Positions 23,516 through 36,534 of a stretch of 64,000 nucleotides of DNA are shown here, piece after piece. Position 1 is the first letter of the stretch. Each line of letters begins with the position of its first letter. The stretch spans positions 1,054,001-1,118,000 of the forward strand of contig CATNEN010000001.1 of NCBI GenBank assembly GCA_950097015.1. The letters run 5' to 3'. Under the pieces are notes generated by a model that was given only the letters and a program-made list of their open reading frames with translations, had not been told where the DNA came from and did not search any database. This stretch comes from Macrostomum hystrix (Eukaryota; Animalia; Platyhelminthes). A program made the position numbers and the translations under genes.

Positions 23516-24099
23516 TACAGTCTCATCTTAGCGAGTTTATCGTATGAAATTTAGCAATTATAATTTATTTATTTATTTATTTTGAGATTTGGAAAATTTA
23601 ATTTGCTTGTACATTTCAACCTGCTAGACTATGCAACAAGACTTTTCAATATAGAATTCGCCATTCTACAGTGTCTTGAAATAGGACAAGGTACTTAGCG
23701 TCCCACGCTCTACAGCCCCTTGTCTATCATGTCTACACAAGTGAGAAACAATCATTTTGAGTTTAAAATTTGTTTGCTTAAGTTGAAAATACTGAAATCC
23801 TTAAATACAGAACCCACTTGTGTAGTGAAGTATTCTAAGAAAGCGACAGGCTGCAGTTTTTGTTATTTTATGTAGCAGAAGAAAAATCTTTGCGTTTGCA
23901 GAAAAAAATAATCTAGCAAAAAATTGTCCACCTAAATCCACTTTTTGTCCGTCTTGCGTTGTTCTTTTTTTAAGAATAGTAGGGTAACGACAAAACGAGA
24001 TTCTGACAAGTTACTGACAAGATACTGGCAAGTATCTTTAAACTAATCAGACAACTAGTTTTCGCGTTCTCAACATCAACATACACCCCTTCACTCTCC

Positions 24100-24487
24100 C
24101 TCCCCTCTCTCTGTCACTCTCTCTGTCACTCTCATTGTCACCCTCTCTGCTACTCTCTCTGTCACTCTCCGTCACTCTCTCTGTCACTCTCTCTGTCACT
24201 CTCCGTCACTCTCTGTCACTCTCTCTGTCACTCTCTCCGTCACTCTCACTATCACTCTCCGTCACTCTCTCTGTCACTCTCTCTGTCACTCTCTCTGTCA
24301 CTCTCTCTCACTATCACTCTCACTGTCACTCTCCCCTCTCATTATCTGTCACTCTCTCTGTCACTCTCTCTCTTATCACTCTCACTGTCACTCTCCCCTC
24401 TCATTATCTGTCACTCTCTCTGTCACTCTCTCTCTTATCACTCTCACTGTCACTCTCCCCTCTCATTATCTGTCACTCTCTCTGTCC
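24100..24487. repeat. CTCTCTGTCA-type low-complexity tandem repeat
   Basis: Directly visible. Confidence 0.9.
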
Positions 24488-25479
24488 TTTTTTCGCATTT
24501 GAGCCTCTTAACAAAAGGTCATTATCTTGGCTTACCGAAAGCACTATTTATCTTCTTATCGATTTCCTCCCAGAAGCAGTCTTGAGTCAAAGTAAGACTA
24601 TGACTCAATCATCCCTCTTCATCTGAAATTTTTTCTCGCTCATAATTAAACAATAACAAAAAACTTTGAGCACACAACTGGCTGCCCGGTAAAACCTGCT
24701 CAACTTGTACTATATCCCCTCAGCTTGAGGATATTGGCAATAAAAATACAGTAGGTAAAACTCCGCCCATGATGTATTGATTGAGGACAAATTTTATTGT
24801 TGGGATAAGGTCACTTTTTCGCAGAATCCACAGTGGCAGCAGCAGCAGCCAGTAGCTAACATTGGCTCTTGGCTCACTTTCTTGGCGATGTGTGTAGATC
24901 TAACAGTCGAAATTCTTCAAAAGGATCTAGAGACAGCTCAAACCGATACACACGGATATTGATGTGGGCATTATTATTATATCGGTTTGTGTTTTCCCTC
25001 TCTAAGCGATAAAGAACGTTTTTAATTATGCATTAGCGAAGTAGCAACGTTAGCTTACAGCTTGAGCACACTTTGAGTAGTTGCGGAGGGGAGCTAGCTT
25101 GCGTGAGTCCCTTTGAGTAGACTGAGTCCGTGAAACTATACCGTCTCGCCTACTTGGAGTCAGAGCTGCACAGTCAGGGACATACATGCAGTCGGAAGAA
25201 AATGCGGCACAAAATCTTTGTTGTTGTCTCTTTTCACGTGCCTAAAAAGAAAATTTAATGCATCATTTAGACTTCACTTTCTGAAACTTTTTTATCAGAA
25301 TCTTTTAGAGGGCTTAGAGTGATGCGCGTAATCAGTTTGATGACTTTGGGTGCATCAGCAGCCGCTTGATTTGTACTTTATTGCTGCTCTACCGCTGCTC
25401 ATACTCTAATTACATTTGCTCATATTTTGTTTAACTATCTTATGCGCTCGAAATTCTATTATCGCCTCCTCAGCTCATG

Positions 25480-27118
25480 CCATAATCCTCTCATCCCATC
25501 ATCCTGTCATCCTCTCATCCCATCATCCTGTCATCCTCTCATCCCATCATCCTGTCATCCTCTCATCCCATCATCCTGTCATCCTCTCATCCCATCATCC
25601 TGTCATCCTCTCATCCCATCATCCTGTCATCCTCTCATCCCATCATCCTATCATCCTCTCATCCCATCATCCTGTCATCCTCTCATCCCATCATCCTGTC
25701 ATCCTCTCATCCCATCATCCTGTCATCCTCTCATCCCATCATCCTGTCATCCTCTCATCCCATCATCCTGTCATCCTGTCATCCCATCATCCTGTCATCC
25801 TGTCATCCCATCATCCTGTCATCCCATCATCCCATCATCCTGTCATCCTCTCATCCCATCATCCTATCATCCTCTCATCCCATCATCCTGTTATCCTCTC
25901 ATCCCATCATCCTGTCATCCCATCATCCCATCATCCTGTCATCCTCTCATCCCATCATCCTGTCATCCTGTCATCCCATCATCCTGTCATCCTGTCATCC
26001 CATCATCCTGTCATCCCATCATCCCATCATCCTGTCATCCTCTCATCCCATCATCCTATCATCCTCTCATCCCATCATCCTGTTATCCTCTCATCCCATC
26101 ATCCTGTCATCCTCTCATCCCATCATCCTGTCATCCTCTCATCCCATCATCCTGTCATCCTCTCATCCCATCATCCTGTCATCCTCTCATCCCATCATCC
26201 TGTCATCCTCTCATCCCATCATCCTGTCATCCTCTCATCCCATCATCCTATCATCCTCTCATCCCATCATCCTGTCATCCTCTCATCCCATCATCCTGTC
26301 ATCCTCTCATCCCATCATCCTGTCATCCTCTCATCCCATCATCCTGTCATCCTCTCATCCCATCATCCTGTCATCCTGTCATCCCATCATCCTGTCATCC
26401 TGTCATCCCATCATCCTGTCATCCCATCATCCCATCATCCTGTCATCCTCTCATCCCATCATCCTATCATCCTCTCATCCCATCATCCTGTTATCCTCTC
26501 ATCCCATCATCCTGTCATCCCATCATCCCATCATCCTGTCATCCTCTCATCCCATCATCCTGTCATCCTGTCATCCCATCATCCTGTCATCCTGTCATCC
26601 CATCATCCTGTCATCCCATCATCCCATCATCCTGTCATCCTCTCATCCCATCATCCTATCATCCTCTCATCCCATCATCCTGTTATCCTCTCATCCCATC
26701 ATCCTGTCATCCCATCATCCCATCATCCTGTCATCCTCTCATCCCATCATCCTGTCATCCTGTCATCCCATCATCCTGTCATCCTGTCATCCCATCATCC
26801 TGTCATCCCATCATCCCATCATCCTGTCATCCTCTCATCCCATCATCCTATCATCCTCTCATCCCATCATCCTGTTATCCCATCAGCCTGTTATCTCATC
26901 ATCCTCTCATCCCATCAGCCTGTTATCCCATCAGCCTGTTATCCCATCATCCTCTCATCCTATCATCCTCTCATCCCATCATCCTCTCATCCCATCAGCC
27001 TGTTATCCCATCAGCCTGTTATCCCATCATCCTCTCATCCTATCATCCTCTCATCCCATCATCCTCTCATCCCATCATCCTCTCATCCCATCATCCTCTG
27101 ATCATCTCATCATCCTGT
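25480..27118. repeat. 24-bp minisatellite built of three 8-mers (CATCCTGT CATCCTCT CATCCCAT)
   Basis: Directly visible; includes an exact 600-bp higher-order duplication. Confidence 0.97.
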
Positions 27119-27571
27119 CTCTCCTCCTTTCTTTTAACCGCTCCTCAACATATATTTTTGAGTAGAAGAAAATTGCACAGAGCCATGCCATTTCACTCCT
27201 AATTTCATGCTATGCCAGATGCAAACCAACTGTCACATTGGTTCAAAAAAATCATTTTACCCTCAAATATAGGATGACCAGTTCTGTTTTATTATAGGAG
27301 CTATTTTCAACAACTGTATCAAATTATATTTCCCTCGTATACAGTATCGCTCTTTGTAGCCCAGTCATTTCATCGTTTGCTCTTGATTGAAATGAAATGT
27401 AGCGTACGGGAATGGCCAAACCTTGATATTGAAGCTCAACAAGACGGGACTTTAGCAGGGTTAGGTAAAAACTATTTTCTTCCTAGGAATAATTTACAAA
27501 AAACATTTGCACACATTCTTTTCCTTATCTATGGTGTTGCTTACAAATGAAACAGTCACTTGTAAGTCACT

Positions 27572-28283
27572 TTGTCACTCTGTTCTGTCTGTCACTCTGT
27601 TCTGTCTGTCACTCTGTTCTGTCTGTCACTCTGTTCTGTCTGTCACTCTGTTCTGTCTGTCATTCTGTTCTGTCTGTCACTCTGTTCTGTCTGTCACTCT
27701 GTTCTGTCTGTCACTCTGTTCTGTCTGTCACTCTGTTCTGTCTGTCACTCTGTTCTGTCTGTCACTCTGTTCTGTCTGTCACTCTGTTCTGTCTGTCACT
27801 CTGTTCTGTCTGTCACTATGTTCTGTCTGTCACTCTGTTCTGTCTGTCACTCTGTTCTGTCTGTCCCTCTGTTCTGTCTGTCACTCTGTTCTGTCTGTCA
27901 TTCTGTTCTGTCTGTCACTCTGTTCTGTCTGTCACTCTGTTCTGTCTGTCACTCTGTTCTGTCTGTCATTCTGTTCTGTCTGTCACTCTGTTCTGTCTGT
28001 CACTCTGTTCTGTCTGTCACTCTGTTCTGTCTGTCACTCTGTTCTGTCTGTCACTCTGTTCTGTCTGTCACTCTGTTCTGTCTGTCACTCTGTTCTGTCT
28101 GTCACTCTGTTATGTCTGTCACTCTGTTCTGTCTGTCACTATGTTCTGTCTGTCACTCTGTTCTGTCTGTCACTCTGTTCTGTCTGTCCCTCTGTTCTGT
28201 CTGTCACTCTGTTCTGTCTGTCACTCTGTTCTGTCTGTCACTCTGTTCTGTCTGTCACTCTGTTCTGTCTGTCACTCTGTTCT
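27572..28283. repeat. 17-bp minisatellite (GTCACTCTGTTCTGTCT)
   Basis: Directly visible. Confidence 0.97.
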
Positions 28284-29264
28284 GCTCTTACGGGGTAGAT
28301 CGGACAAAGGTCTCTAAATAAAGATACTTAGTAAATTTTGTCGTTAGAGTAAAAGATCTTAGTTAATAACTTTAGAAAGCTAAACAAAACATTTTCAGTC
28401 TTTCTGTGGCTGTCATGGAAATCCAGGAAATTAATTTCTCCCTTTCTTTTGCTCGTCTTCTCTCTGCTGACAATTTCTGATTGATTGGTTGATTGATTTC
28501 ATAAATTGAAGTTTACTAAAAAAATTATTGAAAAATAATCAGTTAGACTAGAGACATTTGTCCAGCCCCGATATGTATAGAAAAACGATTTTTTCATGGA
28601 AAGCCAGTATGAATTGTAGGCATTGCAATCCATTCAGCGGTGCGCCGTCCCCTAGGGATTAATAGAAAGGAAAAGAGGTACGATGTAGCCTAAGCACTAT
28701 CTGGTCTGATCTAAAATACCCGGGAAAATGTTGCTTTAAAAATGCCCATTCACATTCTCCTAGTAGTCAACGAAGACATAAGGAAATTATCTTTTATTTT
28801 ATTTTCATGCAAATTTCTTGGCTTTAGAATTTGAAATTCGGCAATGCGATCAACTGGACGAGAATAAAAAACGAAATATTTCCCAGGGATACCGATTTCT
28901 TGCTGGGAGAAATTGGGCCAGCTGCTCATTACCTAAACTAATAATCTGCCACCCAAGGCTATAATATTTGTTTCTTCTGCTTTGATAATATTCTGTTTTC
29001 ACGACGACTAAAAATGCTTTTAAGAATTAATTACCTTAGTGTTGATTATTAGGAAGACGGGCGCCTGAGAATAATTTTATTGAGAAGCTATCCTTGGGAA
29101 ATACTCCATTTTCAAAAAGTGCACGGCCGTTTAAGGAGGCTAAACAACTGATTATCTACAGGAATAAAGATACGAATATATAGATAACTAGTGTGCGGAT
29201 ATGTTAGAATGACAATCTGTCTTAGCAATAGATGGATTAGATTTGTGAATAGAGGTGTGAATTA

Positions 29265-29835
29265 TAGATTAGATGGATGGATAGATAAGATGGATAGATT
29301 AGATGAATAGATTAGATGAATAGATTAGATGAATAGATTAGATGGATAGATTAGATGGATAGATTAGATGGATAGATAAGATGGATAGATTAGATGGATA
29401 GATTAGATGGATAGATTAGATGGATAGATTAGATGGATAGATTAGATGGATAGATTAGATGGATAGATTAGATGGATAGATTAGATGGATAGATTAGATG
29501 GATAGATTAGATGGATCGATTAGATGGATAGATTAGATGGATGGATGGATGGATAAATAGATTAGATTGGATGGATGGTTGGTTGGATAGATTGGATGGA
29601 TGGATGGATGGTTGGATAGATTGGATGGATGAATGGATGGTTGGATAGATTAGATGGATAGATTGGATGGATATATTGGATGGATAGATTGGATGGATAG
29701 ATTGGATGGATAGATTGGATGGATGAATGGATGGTTGGATAGATTGGATGTATGAATGGATGGTTGGATAGATTGGATGGATAGATTGGATGGATGGATG
29801 GATGGATGGATGGATGGATGGATAGATTGGATAAT
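29265..29835. repeat. 13-bp (GATGGATAGATTA) array grading into (GGAT)n
   Basis: Directly visible. Confidence 0.93.
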
Positions 29836-30259
29836 GGACAGATTAGTTGATGTTTTAGAGCTGGCTAAATGGTTGAATTGTTTGATTAACAACATGCATT
29901 TATTTATGGCTTTGGGAAAGCAAAGGCTGATAGTGTAGTACGTAATGCATACTGCAGCTAGAGTGACACTGTGTTGTTCAGAAAGTACTTTCAGTCGGAC
30001 TCTTGAATAGCATTGCAGATACCAGATTATCATGCAGCCATCTTATCATCCGATTCGCACACACCGTCCACTGGACTCATACTCGAGAACGTTGAGCGGA
30101 AGCAGAAAGCAGCCTATTAGAATATTTGATTATTGCTTATTAAATGAAGATGTGCACGCGGGGACAGCTGTGGTCGTTTGAGTGGGAATAAAATCCCGAT
30201 GTGACTATCGTGACGTGTTATAGTTATAAAGTATTTTTAATTAGTCTTACTGGTTTAGT

Positions 30260-30551
30260 ATGGCATCATTTGGTGACACTAGACCCGCTGCCAGCGAGGA
30301 GGCAATTCTACGTAATTCGCTGACTCCTGAGCACACACTCACATTGAGGTGTGTACATCTGCCCTGACTTTCTCATCGTCAGGCATTGTACATTCTCACT
30401 GTGCGTTGGCGGTTGGGAAACTGCGCGACAAGCCCCCAAGCCTTCTCTTGGAGCCTTAGCCCCAATATGAATGTGGCCTCGCCGCGGAATCGAGCTCAGG
30501 GACCTTGGTGCAACTGGTAAACACGTTAGACCACTCTGCCACTAACCCCTG
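30260..30551 (-). mobile_element. SINE family B, copy 2
   Basis: The minus strand starts CAGGGGTTAGTGGCAGAGTGGTCTAACG (A box)...GAGCTCGATTCC (B-box-like). The body matches 17368-17698. Confidence 0.8.
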
Positions 30552-30652
30552 TAGTTTTGTTAATTTCAAGCATCAATTCTAATAGTAATGATAAGTACAT
30601 TTTATACTCAATGTCACCACTTAGTAAAAATATCATTAAACGCAATTAACAC

Positions 30653-31702
30653 TCTATCCACGTTTCTACCCACGAACCCGTTAAAAGAATTGCTTGAACC
30701 AAAAAATGACAAGGATTAGATGGATGGATGGATGGATGGATGGATGGATGGATGGATGGATGGATGGATGGATGGATGGATGGATAGATGGATGGATGGA
30801 TGGATGGATGGATGGATGGATGGATGGATGGATGGATGGATGGATGGATGGATGGATGGATGGATGGATGGATGGATGGATGGATGGATGGATGGATGGA
30901 TGGATGGATGGATGTATGTATCTATCCACGTTTCTACCCACGAACCCGTTAAAAGAATTGCTTGAACCAAAAAATGACAAGGATTAGATGGATGGATGGA
31001 TGGATGGATGGATGGATGGATGGATGGATGGATGGATAGATGGATGGATGGATGTATGTATGTATCTATCCACGTTTCTACCCACGAACCCGTTAAAAGA
31101 ATTGCTTGAACCAAAAAATGACAAGGATTAGATGGATGGATGGATGGATGGATGGATGGATGGATGGATGGATGGATGGATGGATGGATGGATGGATGGA
31201 TGGATGGATGGATGGATGGATGGATGGATGGATGGATGGATGGATGGATGGATGGATGGATGGATGGATGGATGGATGGATGGATAGATGGATGGATGGA
31301 TGGATGTATGTATCTATCCACGTTTCTACCCACGAACCCGTTAAAAGAATTGCTTGAACCAAAAAATGACAAGGATTAGATGGATGGATGGATGGATGGA
31401 TGGATGGATGGATGGATGGATGGATGGATAGATGGATGGATGGATGTATGTATGTATCTATCCACGTTTCTACCCACGAACCCGTTAAAAGAATTGCTTG
31501 AACCAAAAAATGACAAGGATTAGATGGATGGATGGATGGATGGATGGATGGATGGATGGATGGATGGATGGATGGTTGGATGGATGGATGGATGTATGTA
31601 TGTATGTATGTATGTATGGATGGATGGTTGGATGTATGTATGTATGTATGGATGGATGGTTGGATGGATAGATGGATGGATAATTTATGGATGGATGGAT
31701 GG
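30653..31702. repeat. Compound repeat: constant 68-bp unit x5 separated by variable (GGAT)n tracts
   Basis: TCTATCCACGTTTCTACCCACGAACCCGTTAAAAGAATTGCTTGAACCAAAAAATGACAAGGATTAGA starts at 30653, 30921, 31065, 31313 and 31457. Confidence 0.95.
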
Positions 31703-31901
31703 GTGAAAATGGATAATTTGGCCGTGTACAGCTGTTCAGTCCACGGACTGGGGAAGCCGCTAGACCCAGGACCTCTCATAGGAGTATTTGAGTTGCATCG
31801 CTCTAAATCCGTTAAAAATGTTTTTAATCTAAAAATGCATCTTACTTTTGCATAAAGCTTTGCGAGTTCCCACAATGTCCCTCTATTATCCATGAACGCA
31901 G

Positions 31902-32293
31902 GCATTCTGGGTCTCTGGATCGGATTCAGCATTGTGACGCTGTTTGAATTCGCGGAATTATTTATCATTTGCTCCTCATACTACTGGTACCTACTGATCA
32001 GCAAGCTGCCAAAGTTGCGGCGAAGCGGGCACCCGCTGAGGATACCGAAGCCACACCCGGTGGGACTCAGGCGAAGGTCGCCAGGTCGGCGTGGCGACAT
32101 CGAGCTGATCGCCGCCGAGTTAGCGTCGGCCAACTCGGAGTTGCGAGCATCGCCTACGCCTTTGGCGACGTGTCACAACAATCGCGCGCCGTCTGTCGCC
32201 TCATCGTTCTCCAATCATTTCGCGCATCATCACCTCAATAGGCACAATGACAATTCACAGGCGACTCGGCCGCTGAAAGATGACATGGCATGA
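31902..32293 (+). CDS. DEG/ENaC channel, coding exon 2 (TM2 with GxS filter and C-terminal tail)
   Basis: Acceptor GCAG|GC at 31901/31902 restores [25 protein letters not shown]. The spliced protein is about 728 aa. Confidence 0.92.
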
Positions 32294-32679
32294 CTGCGAA
32301 CTTACTATAAACAACAATGCGTTAAAATGCACTTTTGTGAAAAAGAGTAACCTCTCGACTATTTAATGTCGTTAATTATTGTGCTCTCTGTCACCTTCCG
32401 GCGACCTCTGTATTTTTCGGTAAACTTATAATTAAGCGTCATAATTGTTTCTAAAGCTGGAGAAATAGCAGCCCTTCATTTCAATCGCGTAAGCTTTCAG
32501 ATAATTTAAAAAAGCCTATCTCAACCTTGCGTATTTATTGAGAATTAAACATATTTATTTTAACCTTCAACCCAATTTGCTCTTTCTAATCTAACGATCT
32601 ATGCGTTTTCTCTGTTCTGATGAAAACTAAATGTACGAAAAAATATATTCAGTAGCTCCATGAATCTATACTTCCCTTC

Positions 32680-33220
32680 ACACCCTGTCCCCCACAGCTG
32701 GTTATAATTTTATTGCTCCTCACATCCTGTCCCCCCACAGCTGGTTATAGTTTTATTGCTCCTCACACCCCGTCCCCCACAGCTGGTTATAGTTTTATTG
32801 CTCCTCACATCCTGTCCCACCACAGCTGGTTATAGTTTTATTGCTCCTCACACCCCGCCCCCCACAGCTGGTTACAGTTTTATTGCTCCTCAATCCTGTC
32901 CCCCACAGCTGGTTATAATTTTATTGCTCCTCAATCCTGTCCCCCACAGCTGGTTTTATTTTATTGCTCCTCAATTCTGTCCCCCACAGCTGGTTATAAT
33001 TTTATTGCTCCTCACACCCTGTCCCCCACAGCTGGTTATAATTTTATTGCTCCTCACACCCCGTCCCCCACAGCTGGTTATAATTTTTTTGCCCCCATTA
33101 ACCCGTTCCCCACCACTCATTCTAATTTTATCGCCCCCATTAACCCGTTTCCCACCACTCATTCTAATTTTATCGCCCCCATTAACCCGTTCCCCACCAC
33201 TGATTCTAATTTTATCGCCC
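32680..33220. repeat. Two adjacent 42-43-bp minisatellites downstream of the channel gene
   Basis: CACAGCTGGTTATAATTTTATTGCTCCTCACACCC.. units, then CCCCATTAACCCGTTCCCCACCACTCATTCTAATTTTATCG units. Confidence 0.9.
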
Positions 33221-34067
33221 CTTAGACCCCAGGTCTCCTTTCCTTTGATCAGATATATTTATTGGCTTTTCCATAATCTCAGAAATTTAAAACCATTTCT
33301 CTTTCTCATAGTAAATTAGTCAAAATCAAGTCGAACTAAAGAAAAGTGTTGTCAAAAATACCGATAAGTACTCGTATCTTGTCACGATAAGTAAATAGTG
33401 TTGTTGCGATCCTGCAAATTAACGGAACCAGCAGCTTGTAATGCGATTTGCTTACCTCAATTAAACTAGCTTGCATCTGTCTATTATAAATATGCAAACT
33501 CTTATCATCTTTCATAGTAGGAATTTAAATTTAGATATTAAAATGAAGCGAATGCGGAGCACAGATTTTAAGATAAGAAATGTAAAAAAGTACAATTTCC
33601 ACGAATAATAGGTTTGGAAGCAGCAGCAAAAGCAAACAGAAGGTGCAATCAGTCAGGAAAAGTAGTTTCACTATTTGTTCAGATAGGGCCAATGTACCAC
33701 AGGAAGACTGAGCATGATATGGCAATCGTGCGACAAACATGCAAAGCAAGAAATCATATTCAGAGTCGCATTTCTTGTCGCATTAAAAATAGGTTGGGGC
33801 AAACTGCCTGCTTTTAAGAGCAAGCAGTGCAGTACAAAGCTAGCTGAGAATGCAAAAGAATTCCCTAAAAACATTTCCCTCCACTGTGTTTAACTAGTGT
33901 CTCAAACTCTTCAATACTTAATCATGAAAATCTGCCAATTAAAATGTCAATTCGTCTTTCTCAATTTAACAAATATTGAGATCACGATGATGTCATGTTA
34001 CCTGTATTATTTATCAACACATTATTGAAGCAGGGGTTATCAAACTGATAAAACAGTAACAACGTTT

Positions 34068-34950
34068 ACTGTCCCCACTGTCTGCTCGCTAATTTCACTG
34101 TCTACTCGCTAATCCCCACTGCCTACTCGCTAATTTCACTGCCTACTCGCTAATCCCCACTGCCTACTCGCTAATTTCACTGCCTACTCGCTAATCCCCA
34201 CTGTCTACTCGCTAATCCCCACTGTCTACCCGCTAATCCCCACTGTCTACCCGCTAATCCCCACTGTCTGCTCGCTAATTTCACTGTCTACTCGCTAATC
34301 CCCACTGCCTACTCGCTAATTTCACTGCCTACTCGCTAATCCCCACTGTCTACTCGCTAATCCCCACTGTCTACCCGCTAATCCCCACTGTCTACCCGCT
34401 AATCCCCACTGTCTACTCGCTAATTTCACTGTCTACTTGCTAATCCCCACTGTCTACTCGCTAATCCCCACTGTCTACTCGCTAATCCCCACTGTCTACT
34501 CGCTACTCCCCACTGTCTACTCGCTAATCCTCACTGTCTACTCGCTAATCTCCACTGTCTACTCGCTAATCCCCACTGTCTACTCGCTAATCTCCACTGT
34601 CTACTCGCTAATCTCCACTGTCTACTCGCTAATCCCCACTGTCTACTCGCTAATCCCCACTGCATACTCGCTATAAATCCCGACTGTCTACCCGCAAATC
34701 CCCAATGTCTACTCGCTAATCCCCACTGTCTACTCGCTAATCCCCACTGTCTACTCGCTACTCCCCACTGTCTACTCGCTAATCCCCAATGTCTACTCGC
34801 TAATTCCCACTGCCTACTCGCTAATCCCCACTGCCTACTCGCTAATCCTCACTGTCTACTCGCGAATCCCGACTGTCTACTCGCTAATCCCCACTGTCTA
34901 CTCGCTAATCCCCACTACCTACTCAGAAATCTCCACTATATGCTCAGAAA
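34068..34950. repeat. 21-bp minisatellite (CTAATCCCCACTGTCTACTCG)
   Basis: Directly visible. Confidence 0.95.
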
Positions 34951-35471
34951 TTTTCGCACTGAGCAAGCATTTTTGCTGGCTCAAAATCACATGAATAAAC
35001 TGCAAGGGCTATAGCATAGGGTCACAGTGTCGAGCTCGGGTTTTCTCAAGTGAGAGAGTAGCTTGAAGAGAACGCACCTAGGCGTGCGCGGCACTTCTAC
35101 GAGCGTATCTAGCCCTGCGGTATGCGTGGCCACATTTCAGAGACCTCTGTTAAGACGAGCACACACAAAGTTTCAGGCTGTCAGCGCTACACTTTAAACA
35201 GCTGCCCCGACAACTGACTTACCTACGCTTTTTTTACTTCCGCCAGGGAGCAAACTGAAAAAAGTAACTTTTTGAGCTGTTTAATGAGTAACTTTTGCAA
35301 GTTATATTTGAGCACTATGAAGGCCGACTCAAGACAATTGAGTACTGAACTCAGTTGAGAACCGGGAGTGCCGAGTGAAATTGCGTCGCTTATTAAACCT
35401 GAAAAAATTACTTACGCTTTACATTGTCTTCTATCTCCTTTGTAATATCATCTCCCGCTTCTCCAATCTAC

Positions 35472-36023
35472 ACTCTCTTCTCCTCCTCTTTTCTCTCCTC
35501 TCTTCTCCTCCATTCTCCCCTCTCCTTTCCCCATCTCTTCTCTCCTCTCCCTTTTCTCCTCTCCCTCTCGCTTCTCTCCTCTCCTCTCCCCCTATCTTCT
35601 CTCCTCCCCCCTCACTTCTCTCCTCTCCCCCTATCTTGTCTCCTCTCCCCCTCTCTTCTCTCCTCTCCCCCTATCTTGTCTCCTCTCCACCTCACTTCTC
35701 TCCTCTCCCCCTATCTTGTCTCCTCTCCCCCTCTCTTCTCTCCTCTCCCCCTATCTTGTCTCCTCTCCCCCTCTCTTCTCTCCTCTCCCCCTATCTTGTC
35801 TCCTCTCCCCCTCTCTTCTCTCCTCTCCCACTATCTTCTCTCCTCTTCCCCTCACTTCTCTCCTCCCCCCTATCTTGTCTCCTCTCCCCCTATCTTCTCT
35901 CTTCTCCCCCTCTCTTCTCTCCTCTCCCCCTCTCTTCTCTCCTCTCACCCTCTCTTCTCTCCTCTCCCGATTTTTTCTCTCCTCTCCCTTCTCTTCTCTC
36001 CTCTCCCCAGTTCTTTTCTCTCC
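35472..36023. repeat. Polypyrimidine (CT-rich) 20-bp-like tandem repeat
   Basis: TCCTCTCCCCCTATCTTGTC / TCCTCTCCCCCTCTCTTCTC units. Confidence 0.9.
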
Positions 36024-36534
36024 TAGACTCCAGGACAAGACTCTAGTCACCATCATGTCACATTTTTCTTGCTTTGCAACCAATTTTCTTTCTGATTCTC
36101 TCCTGTCGCCTCAATCCATACGGGAGCCCATGTGCTCAAGCCACAGCTAAGGCATGATGACAGAAATTCAATGGAAGATTTCTATCTCTGGTTTTCTAGC
36201 ATGTCTGCGAGAGAGACGATGCAATATCATATAAAATATGGCGAATATGAGCCCTTTCACCAGACACACTATATCAAATCGCAGCTAATCCCGATTTTAA
36301 TAGAGTTCCTTAATTCTCCATTTTGTCCATATTTTCACATGGGTATATGATCGCGTAAGCTTTTAATCCCATAAATTTAGCCCACGGTGATAAACATTTA
36401 TGCACTATTCTAGTATAGTTATTTGCATCATCTGCGAGTGTTGAGAGAGTGATTGCACTACATTACTATTCTTCTTTAAGAATTCAATCGACTCAACTTA
36501 ACTAAAATATAGTAAAATCCCACAAAATCCTCGG

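Noticed and set aside
30653-31702. Repeat-spacer pattern resembling a CRISPR array
   Set aside because: The spacers are (GGAT)n microsatellite rather than unique sequence, the repeat is 68 bp, there are no cas genes and the context is a eukaryotic intron.
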